Part shown: positions 35,260 through 49,266 of the stretch, one piece after another | How the letters are laid out: the number at the start of each line of letters is the position of its first letter | Position numbering within the stretch: the stretch's first letter is position 1 | Made by a program: the position numbers and the translations under genes | Notes under the pieces: model-generated | Database searches by the model: none | What the model was told of the DNA's origin: nothing | What the model saw: only the letters and a program-made list of their open reading frames with translations | Origin: Lingula anatina | Lineage: Eukaryota; Animalia; Brachiopoda | NCBI GenBank assembly: GCA_051362555.1 | Contig: CM120640.1 | Location: 42,758,788 to 42,822,787 of the forward strand | Direction of reading: 5' to 3' | DNA: 64,000 nt

Positions 35260-38200
35260 TGTACTTACCAACTGCTTTACAAGAAGGCATATATCGTGTC
35301 CCTGAATTGATTTACTAAACAGTGATGCAGTGTTGTCTACTTGCTCAACAACTGAAAATTAAATAACATCACATTAAAAAAACAGGTATCTTATATGGCA
35401 GATTATACACCCATTAAAATGATGACCACAATAGTTTTCTACATTCAGGTGTTAACTTCATCTATTTTCAAGGCACTAATTTGAAAGGTGTCTGCCAGAG
35501 CAAATTTTTGCCATAATTAAAAATTATCTTGAAAATTGTGTATTGAAACAACTGTCTGCTAGAATAATGGAAAAATTCCCTTTTCAAGACACTTACTTGA
35601 AAAGTGTGTATAGAAGCAAATTTTTGCCAAAATAATGGAAAATTCACTATCACTTGTGTTGAAAGTAACTGAGCTTTTTTCATTCAAGTTTCCACTACCC
35701 AACATTTCTGCAAAAGCATCCCTGGAAAAATTGAAATCGTATTACACTTTGAAATGAAAAATACAAATCAAACATCCTGTCTTGCAGAAATATTTTTTTA
35801 TTAATCATTATGGAAGTAGTAGACGTGTACAAAATGAGCATTAGACCTCTGTTTAGCAAAACTTTAATATTCCTCAAAATTTCAACACCTTTCCATAATC
35901 ATCAAGGTATACCACATCTAAAGTCATTCACAAAATTACAATGAAAACGGTGTTTTTAAAGTTCTCACTTCCTAACTTTTTGAGTCACTTCCAAAATGAA
36001 GATGAAGAACACAGGTTAATTCCATTTGTGGTGATAAAAATAACAGTTTCAGAATACGAAAAAAATTACTGAAAATTTAAGGATTTTTTTTTTTTTGCTA
36101 TGTAAGGTCTACTGACTTAGCATCCCTGAAAAAAATCTTTTAAAGAAGCTTACCCTTTGCAAGATACAGGAACCAGGTATGATGAGCAAGGCAAATGAAG
36201 TTTGAAGTCCAATTTATCATGAGTTGCACCATCATCATTCTGAAAAACGTTGAAATAAAAAGACACCTCAACAATCAAACGCTTCTTTTTCAGTGCAGCA
36301 TTTTGTTTTCCCCATATGTGTGTGCCTGCTACTGCATCTCCCCTTTTCTAAACAAACAAATATATCATATTCCTTACAATAACCTCTTAACTCAATAATG
36401 ATAAAAATGCAGCAAAAATACCTTGACAATGTATGTTAATGTTCCTCTTAATCTTTGTGGCATGTTGATTTGCTCTACAGTGAAAGCAAATTGCCCTTCA
36501 TTTTGTGCATTGGGTAGCAGTACAAATGGAACTTTAACTGCGTCATGTTGGGAAGCACCATGCTGCAAGAGAGCAAGGCAATGTTTAGATACATGTGTAG
36601 GAATACAATCACTTAAGATAGCCTATGTGAATACAATAAAACAAAATTGTAGGACCTCCCCATCTTATCCCATGGATTACATTTTTCTATATATGTTGCC
36701 TAAATGATAATATCATCTTCTGATTGCTTCAAGTGGTCATGCCTGTGAAAGTGATCAGTAAAAAGCACTTAAAACATTTACTGATTGTTTTAGATACATG
36801 AAAAGTGCTCCCGAGATATTAAAAACTGATACTCACCGCTCTTACTAGTTTAGTGTTCAAAGAGTCCATCACATTAAATTCTAAATCTTTGATCTGACTA
36901 GATGTATGATTAGTGAAAATGATGGAGGCAATGATATTATGACCTTGTTGTGAACTTGCACGAGTCTCATATGTCTGAAACAAAATGTCATAATTCAATC
37001 AGACCAAAAGAAAATCAATTGAATGTAACATAATGTCTTTTCATTGTCAATGAAAAGTCCTTATTTTCAAAATCCATATTTGAAAGACAATTAAGAATGT
37101 TGACTATACCCTAGTACACTTTTCACAAACCCTATCCTTCATTTAATCTATATAAAGAATGCAGTTTTTATCACATAAGCAGTTACTCACCAGAGAGACA
37201 TGCGAATTCTCTGCAAGTACTTGGTATTTTGACATGGTTGGAAGGTTTGGATTCACAGGTCCATTTTCTACTAGTTCATTCTGTTCTTTAGAAGGAGTTG
37301 AAATACCATCAGTTTCCAAATATTCACTGCGCTTCTTTTTGCTTTTGCTCTTTTTGTCTTTTTTGTGTTTTTTCTCTTTCTTTTTCTTGTGCTTCTGAAA
37401 ATATTTTTAAAAACTGTGAACAAAATGGAAAATGTTAGTTAAACAAATTTTAAAAATATGATCATTAAAAATTCAGGCAGTATGTATGTATATTTGGTTC
37501 ATGCATGGTGATGTTGAGTATCATGTGACCTTTTGTTAACGTAATGTTTAGTGTTCTCTGACTTTTCCTTTTGCGATGAAAATTAAAAAGTATATATATT
37601 AGAAAAAAAAAAAGTTCACACCTCCTCAGGTTGTTCATCCTCTGAAGTTAAAACTACATCAGCAGCAGATTTGGCGACTGGTTTCTCTGGATCTTCTGGC
37701 TTTGCTTCTGCTGCTGGTTTGGCATCACTTCCAGACAGCCAGAAATCCAAGTCCTCCATCTATAAGTATGGAAAAGCAAAATTATAATGACTTTCAATGT
37801 AAGTTAGTTCAGCAAAAAAACTGAAAAAGCATCATAAATATAACTATAGTCCATTTTTTGAAAATTGATACATTTTACAACTACTATTTTACTTACATAT
37901 AAATATGTATTTGAAAGAGAAGATAAATGAAACAGGACAAGAGTGATTTAGTGTGGACATACTGACTGAAAGAAACAGAAGCATGTCTTTCATTAATGTA
38001 CAAAGTACCAAACTTATATGTCATTGTTTTCTCCTGAAATAAAGGAACTGTGAATAACTGGCACAACTCTTGATTACATATTCTACCTTAACCTTTTTTC
38101 ACTCAAATATAAAAAGCAAATGATTCAGTTAGAAATTGACAGAGGTGACGTTTAGGTGACCCTCAAAATTTCTACACTATCAAATCTATTGTATACCTAC

Positions 38201-40031
38201 TTTATTTTCTTTCACTGCAGTATCGACATCCACAGTTTCTGTAGCAGATTGAACTGGTTCTGCCACAGCTGCACTTTCCTCGGTTCCTCCTAGCAGATTA
38301 GGTTCTTCTGCCTCTTCTTTAGCTTTAGATTTGGACTTCTTTTTCTCTTTCTGAATGTAAAAAAAAACAATAATCAAGTTTGAAAACTGTTTCATTTAAC
38401 AAAAACAGAAAGTGCAGTTTTTCAAACCCTACCAACTTCAAACCCTACCAACGATAAACTTCACTAACCTTAGATTTTTTCTCTTTCTTGCCTTCTCTGT
38501 CTTTTTTGTGTTTCTTTTTTGGTTTCTCCTCCTTCTCAGGCTGTTCATTTGTACCCACCACATGGTGAGTTCTGACTGGCAGAGTTTCTCCTGGCTGAAG
38601 TGGTCTACAATTTAAAAAACAACATATTTCTCATATCAAAATTTTACCAGGTCACTTACATCAACTAGCCATTAACTTCATAGCTCAACTCATGCAAATT
38701 CAAATTCATTCAAAATACACTGGTTACAATCCTACTCCAGTTGACCTCATGTTGGATACGAATAAAATACTGAATGTGGATGATAAACTTACACATCTAA
38801 GTTGATATCAAGTAACCTGTGGGGGTCATCAGGATTCCCACCATCATCCTCTCCTTCAGATGCACTAGCACCCTGAACATAAGAACAATTGTGGTAAGTT
38901 AACATCAAATCCCATATTTGAAGGCGAAACTTGTTATCAATTATGTATTAGAAATGGTTCTAATTTAGTGACAGTGTGCTTTCAAATGATTATTCGGCAT
39001 AACATCTTGTACACATTCAGTAACATTTACCTTCAAAATACCCCCCCCCCCCATGATTAAAAATAAATAAATAAATAAATGAATCAATAAAATTTTAATA
39101 AATAAATACCTCTGGCATATCATATGCTGCACTGACAGCATGCATGACAGGAATGTTATCATCTTCTTCCTCTGACTCCACTTTGCCTTTCTTTCCCTTC
39201 TTATGTTTCTTCTTCTTCTTGCCCTTCTTGGAAGACATAGCTCTTTCTTGTTCTCTCTGTAGCTGCATGTACTTATCTGTGGCGGACATGCCTGCTGGAG
39301 AGTCACCATGGGAGTTAGAGCGGGTATTGAATATTATGGGCAAGTACAGTTTTAAACTATGCTTTTCTTCAAATAAAATGCCACACTTTAGTAACTAAGA
39401 AGAGGGGAACAAATCGGTCAAAGATATAAAACGAAGTTTTAGACCCATTAAGAGCAGACAACTAAAGCCTAGTAGGTATAACAATACTTTGAATGCAACT
39501 TTGTTATCTTTAAAATTCTTTTCACAAAATCAGTAAGTAAATGCCAAGAATCCATCCCCATATTCATAAATGCTTTTCCCTATGAATTGCTAGCACCAAT
39601 AGAGAGCGATAGTGCCAGTTTTCTGACTCAAAGGCATTACCTGGTATGTGGAGTGGGACAGAAAGGTCAATCTCTGCCACTGGAATGTCATTTGCATTTG
39701 ATGCATATTCATTGCCTGTTTTCTGGAAACAAAAGGATACCAACTGAAATACTGTATTTGAATGGTTGTAACACGAAAGAAAATGCTTTACATATGATAT
39801 CTATAAAATATCTCCCATGTACAATGTGACCCAGCTACTTAACTGAAGGAGTTCACACTCACTTAAGACTTCAGAGTCTAAACCAATTGTTCACACAAAA
39901 GATTACCTGTTCTAATGTCTTTAATTTGTTTAAAATGTAGAATTTCTACTCACTTTAGAACTTGCACTGGCCTTGAGATAATTAGGGTTACTCTCCTGTT
40001 CAGCCCTTCTTTGCTCTCTCATCTAAAAAAA

Positions 40032-40103
<72 letters not shown>

Positions 40104-43100
40104 TTTTACAACTCAAACATTGTCACTTAAAATATTTAGAAGTAATGTAGATGCAACAAGATTGCAAAGGGATGGATACAATCTACTCACAACATGAAAC
40201 CAGTTCAAAGTTATGGTTTAAATGTAGCATGGACTGAAAAAAATGATAACTAACCTGAGCTAATTCCTCAGCAGTTGGCTCATGCACCTTCTTTTCTGGT
40301 TGATATAGTGATCTGTGTGTGTCTGTTGTTGATGAAAAAAGTGCTGAGGAGGATTCCTCTTCTTCACTACTCTCCGATGGTGGGTCATTAATCCATTTGT
40401 CCAGGTCAAGGCTGAAATACAGAATTTTCTGAAATATATCTGAGACGAGGCTCAAAGTCTAGCTTAATAAAACTACATCACAAAGAAAATGCACATTCTC
40501 AAGTTGCATTTACTATTCTGCTTCTAGATATCTTTTATATAAAATGTAAAAACATAAGATGAATTAAATTCTAATAAGGCAGTTGTTGGAGCTATATCTA
40601 AGTATGGAAATTTGCAATGTCCCGTACGGACTCAAACTATTGGCTCCATTTCATATATACCCATTGTGAAAGTTCAATGTTCATTTGTGGAACACTAACT
40701 GCAGAAAGGGTAACTCGGTTAGTTGCAATTATTCCAACCTCATTGCCTTATCAGGACAGAGACATTACTTATATTAGCCAATAATTTTACTAAAATACCT
40801 TCTTTCATTATTTCCATTCTTTGAAACAAATATTTATATATTTACCCCTCTGGCACCGGGACCTTTTTCTGAGCTTTGGGGGCCACAGGGTTGAGTTCTC
40901 CAGCAAACAGAGCTGATACTTCCTCTGCCACCTTGACATCTTTTTCCACCAATTTCAAAACATATTTCATAAGCTGGAGGGCACTGCTTCCCTGAGAAAC
41001 CAAACCACAGCATTGATTTTCATGCAAAGAATGTAACTGAAGATAAAACCCAATTCTTCCTCAAAGGGAATACATGAATAGAAAAACAAAAGATTTATTT
41101 CAACATGACCAACACAATCATTGATTATTCAAGTCCTTCAATGTAAACACCCTATGATATAAGCAAATAAGAAAAATCAATATCCTTGTGGCTTACCCTT
41201 TCTTGAACTTCTAAATCAGCACTTTGGACAAACATTGGCAGTTTTTCTGACATAAACTGTGTCAGTTCTTTGACTAAGTCAGTATTATCCTCCTCCTCTG
41301 CCTTGGTCAGCAGTATGGAGTAAAGCTTGAGGGAATTCTGCACAAACACACCCTGAATATGACCAGGAAGGAGGGTGGCCTTGGACTTCAGCATGGCCTC
41401 AAGAGTGCTCCTCGGATCCTTCAGATGCCTTAAAACAAAAAAGTCCAAACATATGATAATATTTGCACATACAAGTGAAAAAAAGGCTAGGGCGCAGTGT
41501 CCTTTTTCACGGAATTCCATAAAGGCCTAAAATTAAAACATAATCATCTGCTTAATTTTTTATACTTCTGTTCAGAATTATATAAATTAAAATATTAGCA
41601 TGAAATATACGCCTAACAAACAAATCCTTTGTAGTTGTAATTTTTGGTAAAAGGAAATATTATGAAGTGTCACACCTTGGAAAGGTTATTTGATCACCAC
41701 TTAAAATTTCTGATCAAGTATTGCTATCGAAACAGTGTAATACTACTTACTCTGAGAACTCTCCACAGATCCAGGCAGCAGCATACAGCACCTCACAGAT
41801 TCCATTCCTCTGGGAGTTCACTGCTAACAAGTGGGAGTTATCCAGAAGAATTGCCTGAAAATCATCCACATGATCAACTCTGTGGGGACTAGACGTGTTT
41901 GACATATCATGAAATATATCATAGTCAAAGACCAAAGAAGATAGGAAAGATCTCAGAAAACCGTCTGACCATACTTTTCTTGCAACTTTAAAGATACATA
42001 CAAAGTCAATTTTTTGTCATAAAAACCAACCAAATGCCAGCATATGGTTTCAAGTAGTATAACTAAGAGAATTACCAAAAGGCATTGTTTAATTTTACTC
42101 GAAAATGATGTTTGAACAGATTTTTCTGCTGGCATTCTAAGCTGTATGTCAATGGGGCAGGAAAGTAGGTCACGGAAGTAGGTTAAATTTACAACCATAA
42201 ATTTAGAGAAAGGGGCAGTCTAAAGGTCTTTTATGGCTGATAGAGTGATCTATTCAGTTTATCCCTTGGCATGTCAAATTTATTTGAGTCATATAAGAAT
42301 CTAGTAGAAGTGGTTTACATGTATTACTGGGAATCCACGCTCCACCGATGCTCGGTTCGTATGTACCTTTAAAAAAAGACAAAGTCATCAAACATTGAAG
42401 TTTGACAACACAGGAAGCTATCTGCCAAAATTGCTTGCCTCTGTGTATCTGCTTCCATGGGTGTGTTTCCACGAAAATAAAACATTATACTCACCATTTG
42501 TGACACAGAGAAAGGTCTAATGGCTTGTACCCTGATTGCTACATCCAACATCTGAGATGCAATCATTTTGCCGTGCTTCGTTCCCTCAATTCTAGTAAGT
42601 TCCACAAGCACACTGACATACCTAGAAACATGAAAGTATTGTAAGATGAAAAAAATTAATTTTATGCCACATGGTGTTACATTTTTTTTATGTGTCAAAC
42701 AGGACATTTATGAAGTTCACCCACTGGAAACACTATCATTTTTCAAACATATTCCATTATAAGAAAATATAAAACCATTTTCCAGAATACTTACCATTCA
42801 AAATTGGTCACATACTGGTAATTGGACTGACTGCATATTTCTATGATCTTGGCGAGCAGTTCGTCCCTATAGTTTGACCCCTCTGCCTTATCCATGTGGA
42901 TCATCAACTTCTTCACGATCTCCATCAAATTTTTCTTTGAAACCTTGAATTCAAAATATCAAACACATCAACTTCTGAAAGAAGACTCCCAAAATAATAT
43001 ACTACTTGGTGATCACCAAAGTAACACTGATTAATTATTTAACTTCATCTTTAGAAAAACAAAAATGTGTTCAGCTTAAATTTCATATTTACACATGGTT

Positions 43101-46100
43101 GGTGTGATTGACTTACCATGCCATACAATAGGTCCAATGCCCTCAATCTAATGGATTCATCCTTGTCATCCAAGCATTGCAATATCAAGTCTTTGTGACT
43201 TTGTACACTCTTTGGATGTGTTTTTAGGATCTTTGACATTGCTAACAAACCCAAATATTTCACTGAAAAAACAAACAGAAGAATACTTTAAATTTCTTAT
43301 ACTCATTAAAACACTAGGGATATGTGGAAAAACATACAACATAAAAGGCATTTTACTGACAGTTCACCGAGGTGGCTCTCTCAAATAGGTGAATGATTAT
43401 GAGATTAAAGTACTTTCTTGAATGCTTTAATGTGAACCATAATAATATTAATTGAAAATTAAGCTTACAATTCTGGTCTGAATCTTCAATCAAAATCCTT
43501 AATTTCTGCACACACAACTGGAATCAAAAGTTTAGAGTAGAGTATAAATTGATGACAACACAGTAAAAAAAGCTTATGCATCTTAAAAGATAAACATTGT
43601 TCATTTTACAAATATCAAATATTTTAGCACCAGCAAGATAATATAAAATATTTACAGCAGTTCAGTTTGGACATAGTTTTTGTCTTACTCAAATATGTCT
43701 CTTGTACAAACAAACCTGGACACCTGTTCTTAATGAACATCTTAATTGACCTGCATATCAAGTTTAAATGTGCTACAATGGGAAAAGTATCAAAACATGA
43801 GACATGTACCTGAATAGATGCTGAATGATTGGGGACGCCTGAAGATATAGAAATAAGGACTGTAAGTAAGAGCAGAAAAAAAATGTGTCAGCAGTGAGCT
43901 TCTCAGCCAGGAAACATATATCATAATCAGAAACAGTCCGACTTACTACAAAATTTTTTGATTTGGTTACTTGAAATTTTGAAAGAGTGATCATGCACGT
44001 CTTTTGTTACAAATTTGTTCACCAATCAAGACTTGATTTCACTGAAACTTTCTCATAACTCTAATTCTGTAAATGTTTATTTTTTATGATGATATCCTCT
44101 TTCACATATTTCAAGATAAGGAAATCTAGGTGTATTTTCTTTTTTATCTTAATAAAACAGTCTCTTCATTTTCAATATTGTATCCTGCCAACTGGCAGAA
44201 TGGTTGTTGATAGGCACCACTCAGTTTATGCCCAATCCCACACCCATTACCTATGAGAAACAAAATATTTAGCTTAGGTTAATAAGCACAAAGGAACCAT
44301 ACTGTCGAACCAAACTTTGCACACTGACAACAGAAAAAAAGGTGCTAGGCTGCACTTGAAAAAAAAAATGTAAGCAAAGCATGCATAAAAATGCCATGAA
44401 ATAACATTGAAGAAGGAAAAAAAGGTAACAAAAAATTCTGATACACTGAACCATGCAGGAGAACAGGTTAATAAAACTCAGGATCTGGAGTGAGACACGT
44501 TAGTTCAACAACCCCAGCGAAGAAAGAATCTACTTTAGAAACTGAGAAGTGAAATTGTCAGCAACCAAAATGCCAGTTTCTATATATTCACTGCAGACAC
44601 TAGATATTTACAAAAAAATTAAAAATCAATAAATATAAACATCATTAAGTTGTACCAAATTATGAAGATGGAAGATGAATATCGAGCATATATTAAGCTA
44701 AAATGCAAGTTGAGATTGAATTCATTCAGTGGTTTTATTGGATGCACACACATTAACAATGCAAGACCATTCTGTTCTAGTTTCTCACATCCATTCTTAT
44801 CAAGACAATAAAACTACTGCATCTCAGAGATTTGTACCATTATAATATTTCCTATTAACACTGAATCAGATTTATTAATCAATACTTCTAATAAAAATAA
44901 GTTACCTGCTATAACTGTGTTGATGCATTCATACAGCAGTGACATGGCAGAAGTGCTGAAAAAACATTTAGAAAAATGAACTAAAAATTTCCCTTTTTCC
45001 CAGCTGCAAAATCTATTACCTTAAAATCTTATCAAAATAAAAAACAACAACACTTGTTTGCACAAAAAAAAAAAACAGTAATAAAGAAATCCAAATTAAT
45101 GCAATAATTATTTCAAAATAAACTGAACTGTTCAGCTCTATTTACCTGTGTATTAGATTGGTCAACGGCTCTATCAGCTTCTTACCTAACCTTGGTTCTA
45201 ATGGAGTCAGAGCACCAAACTAGGAAAAAAAATTCAACTATCAGCAACAACAGAGACAGAATTCAATTTCAACAAGTGATATACTGAAAAAACTCAATAA
45301 AATGGCATAACTGCTTATGAAAATGGCATATATTGAGACAATTGCAGAAAATTGCTTATAAATCTAACTGAAAATATGTTGAAGTTAGTACTCAATAACA
45401 ATCAGCTACTCTTAACTGATAATCTTTACTATAAATTTTCTTTTATTCTATTATAACATTTTCCTTACCAATTTGATAATTTTGATGAGCATCCAATTAT
45501 TTGTTGAACTTGTCATGAGCTTAAAGAACACTGGAGCTAGAGACAAATAGTTCTTGGGGTTCTTCCTGGCCAGTTCACAAACCACATTTACAGCCGCAGA
45601 TTGCACTCCTGAAGATATGAAATGTTAACACTTTAGTTTTTCTGAACCACATTTTTTACAGTATCTTTTTTTAAAATAAATATCTATAATCATCCAATCT
45701 AACAAAATCAAGTACTTAAACATCACCAATTATGGAGGCTGTATATAGTTAATCATATGATAACAACTAAATTACAAAATGATTTCAAGTTGCACTCAAG
45801 AGCAAATTACAGCTTAACCACTCTCTATTGAACCACATTCTAGACAGCTAAATAAATGTACAAATAGACATTACCAGGATCTGGGTCTTCTAGTTTTTCT
45901 TTCAACCTAGGAAATGCAGGCCTCAAAGCCTCTGGGAATTTGAGGAATACTTTGTAGGTGATCAATACTGCTTTTTTTCTTATGTATGGCCTAGTAGCAG
46001 TCAACTGGAAGAAAAATAACCACTTTGTACATTACTTACACAAATGAAACAGAGCAAGCTGCAGGGGTTCTCTATCTTTATTTCTGCATGCTTAGGCAAT

Positions 46101-46361
46101 ACAGCAAAATGGCTACTCTCTGTTACTAATGTTATCCTCCCTAAATACTGAGAAGGAGGTTGGGGGATATTCTTTAATGTTATTTTAACATTGCCAATTA
46201 ATGATAAATGTTTAGCTGTTTCCAAAGAGTAATATGTCATACATCTCTATCAAATCAATTTTTGAGTGCTTCAATTTGTGTTACAAGTTGTACTGAGCGC
46301 ATAGTACAACTACATTCATAAATACACCATACCTATTGCATGTAATCTAATAAAATTATAA

Positions 46362-46405
<44 letters not shown>

Positions 46406-48827
46406 CAATACAACTTCCTACCAAGGTCATGATATCATTAGCTAAGTCCCTTGCCAAGTCAGGAGTCATGAAACATGACAGTCCACTGAGAGCCACTCCA
46501 GCATCATACATCTGCTGGGAGCTCAAGTCTTTCCTGATCATGTTGGTAGTTAACATGAGAACATCAGTGCCCTCATTGAAACTCTGGGAAGCTGCTAGAT
46601 ATCCCACCCTCTGGAATCACCAAACAGAACAATATACTGGATGTGTGACTGAATATCTGAATGTGGACATATAACACCACTATCATTTCTGACCTAGTAC
46701 CTATCTATTATACTTCCTTGAAAATCACAATCCTTATTATTACATTAGATTTAAACTGCAAACTACTTCATCAAATAGAAGTTTTTTTTTTTTCAGTGAT
46801 AACATGATAACATTCAATTCAACCAAGGCACAGGAAGTGGACTTGAATGACATTATGAAATATCCACAAGCTACCATTGATTTCTCAGGGGCATGAAATT
46901 AAGCAGACAAAAATGCCACAATGTTTATCAGAAAGTATACAACCACATGGATAAAAAATACCGCAATGATGTTTGTCAGGAAGACTATAATTTATGCCCT
47001 TACCTTGAATGTAAATTTGGTTGAACTCATTACTTCTATGACATTAAAAGCAGCCCAGCTGATGTCATATCCAATCATTTGTAGCTGAAAGTTGAAATCA
47101 CATCACACTAAATTTGACATCATTATGAGCAATTTATGGTCGGGGCATGAGGACACATATTTAAACACAAACAAAATGAAAAGCTCAAGTTGTCAACAAC
47201 ACATCTTCAAAAACAATTTCAAAAATTCTCCGTATGCCAATTCTACTCACGTATGCCAATTTGTTGACTGCATTGGCTTTGATTGCTATGTTGTCTTGAC
47301 GCAATTCTTGCTTGATTTCATCTAAACACTGAGAAATGTACTTGGCCTGAAAATAATTCAACAATTACTAGCATATCACTGTGGCTATAGAGAACAAGTT
47401 GGCCTTGGGGTAAATGGCATCAATCACATCCCTAATTTTTTCATCTTGAAAATTCAGAGAGCTTTTGATGCTTGGAATATTACTTGATATCATGACTATT
47501 CCTATGTGGGCATCTAAAAACCCCCAATGGTAAGTGCCGTTGTCTAAACTCCATTAATTTTAATAATAATGGATAAAGAGTATTGTCAGATTTTTATTTT
47601 CATCTCTGTGCTTGGTAAACTACAGCTGGTATGAGGAGTTTGTGGGAATGGACAGATTTGCGATCATTTTCCAATTAAACATTTTCCAAAAAAGCAATGT
47701 TTCAAAAAAAGATTTCTAGTTATGCAGTTATGTGGTTCTGCAATACATGTTTAGTTTTGCTTTACTTTCGATGAAAAAGTCAACTCACTGTTTATAATTC
47801 CTAATCCGATAACAATTTTATGTGAACTTTCCTGCTATATGAAAAATACACCTGCTGGTCAAATGCATACTGCAAGTCATGATGTAACTGCATAAAATGT
47901 TTAGTGAAAAAAAAAAAAAAAACACTCATCATGGCACTTAACCTTGAGTGTAGCTGCAGTAGAGGGACAAGTTCATGGGAATTACATTCATGTAGGAAAA
48001 GATTCATGATGACAATTAAGTACATACTTTATTTCTTCGTGGTTCCTCATTTATTACATTTTTGGGTTGAAGTGTGTCTGTTGTATTACTTAGTATTGAA
48101 TAGCCTGCACAAACACATTAAACGGTAAAAAAGTAACTTAAAAAACATGAGCATGCTTGATAGTCATTGCAATTCATCCTCTTTCGCCATGACGGATAGT
48201 GTTCAAATGTGAAATTGACACAGCAAATTTCATCTTAAATTAAAAGTAGAGGGCTAATGGCAAATAAACAATCTGGCAAGATCTCCATTTTTCTTAACTT
48301 TAAACTAAATTTTTAACTACTAGGACCTGACACTATGGTAAAAAATAATGTGTTTTTGTTAGACTGGAATATTGATTATAGCACCTTACTAGTAATTTTA
48401 AGATGTGACAACTAAACTATATGAGGCCTGAACAGTTGTCAAGAAATTCCAAGCAAAATGCTTCAAATGAGATACAAACTAGACTCACTTTATAATTAAC
48501 GAAGTATTAGAATTGCGTTGGGAGAGTCGTACTAGTGCATGTACATGGAAGTGGGCGGATGTGAAAAATTATTGTTGTTATGCCATACCAACTGCATCAC
48601 ATGTAAAATATGGAAGTTGAGCAAACAATCCTTAATGGTGGCTGTCAAGTTAGGTCATTTCACACGGCGTACAAATTGAATAAATAAACCTATATAAGGA
48701 TTGAAATAACAATTGAATCAATCGAACACACCTCGTTCTCTTTGTGGTTTCTGATGCCTCGTACAAGATCCTGGAGGTTTTTGTCAAGGACCCTCTCAAG
48801 ATGTCCCTTAACTTTCTTTAACGCCAT
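34903..48827 (-). CDS. AP3D1: AP-3 complex subunit delta (~31 exons)
   Basis: MALKKVKGHLERVLDKNLQDLVRGIRNHKENE, GYDISWAAFN, RVGYLAASQSF, LARKNPKNYLSLAP, LDDKDESIRLRALDLLYGM, YAAAWICGEF, ELNPVAPKAQKKVPVPEGLDLDKWIN, a Lys-rich hinge, and an ear domain ending IDGKTTDSTLLSNV..EKS*. All the junctions I traced are GT-AG. Confidence 0.98.
40050..40100. repeat. (TA)n microsatellite next to an A-tract
   Basis: Read directly. Similar tracts occur at ~35228-35257 and ~46368-46402. Confidence 0.95.
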
Positions 48828-49266
48828 CTTGTCGTCAAATTATTATTACTCCTGCCGCCTCCTAAAAATGAGACAAAACATCTGAGCAAAGTCAAAGACA
48901 CAGAATGCTGTCTTACACTTTTGCCGATTTCGGAAGTCAATATGGCTGCTGCAGAAAGTAGATCATGTGATATGTTGACGTGTTGGGAGGAAGAAGTTCC
49001 GTTTTCGTTTTAAGATGATAGTATCACAATAATATCAATACAGAATGCAAGATAAAATATAAATAAACACACATACTGAAAACATCCATAAACTTTTAAA
49101 GTTAAACGATATCTTTAACGGCGAAACTAAACGCAAGACCAAAAGCTAACAATTGTAAAAGTCACGTGATTTTTGGCACAGTACAATTTGTTTGGCTTGG
49201 AAACAGGACGTGTGTTCGCAAATCTGCATGTGAATTACGGTGGAAAGGCCACATGTAGTGCGCGAT
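48828..49266. promoter_or_regulatory. Bidirectional promoter AP3D1/SPATA1
   Basis: The ATGs are ~440 bp apart. ETS CGGAAGT (48931), YY1-like AATATGGCTGC, E-boxes ATCATGTGAT (48962) and GTCACGTGAT (49161), RFX-like GTTTGGCTTGGAAAC (~49190). Confidence 0.6.

Noticed and set aside
39724-39745. U12-donor-like GTATCCTTTT on the minus strand in an AP3D1 intron
   Set aside because: It sits within the polypyrimidine tract of a normal U2 acceptor; the implied intron would be impossibly short.
44140-44260. Possible cryptic or poison exon in AP3D1 intron 8
   Set aside because: An acceptor-like CTCATAG is present, but there is no convincing donor or homology, and the AP3D1 frame is complete without it.
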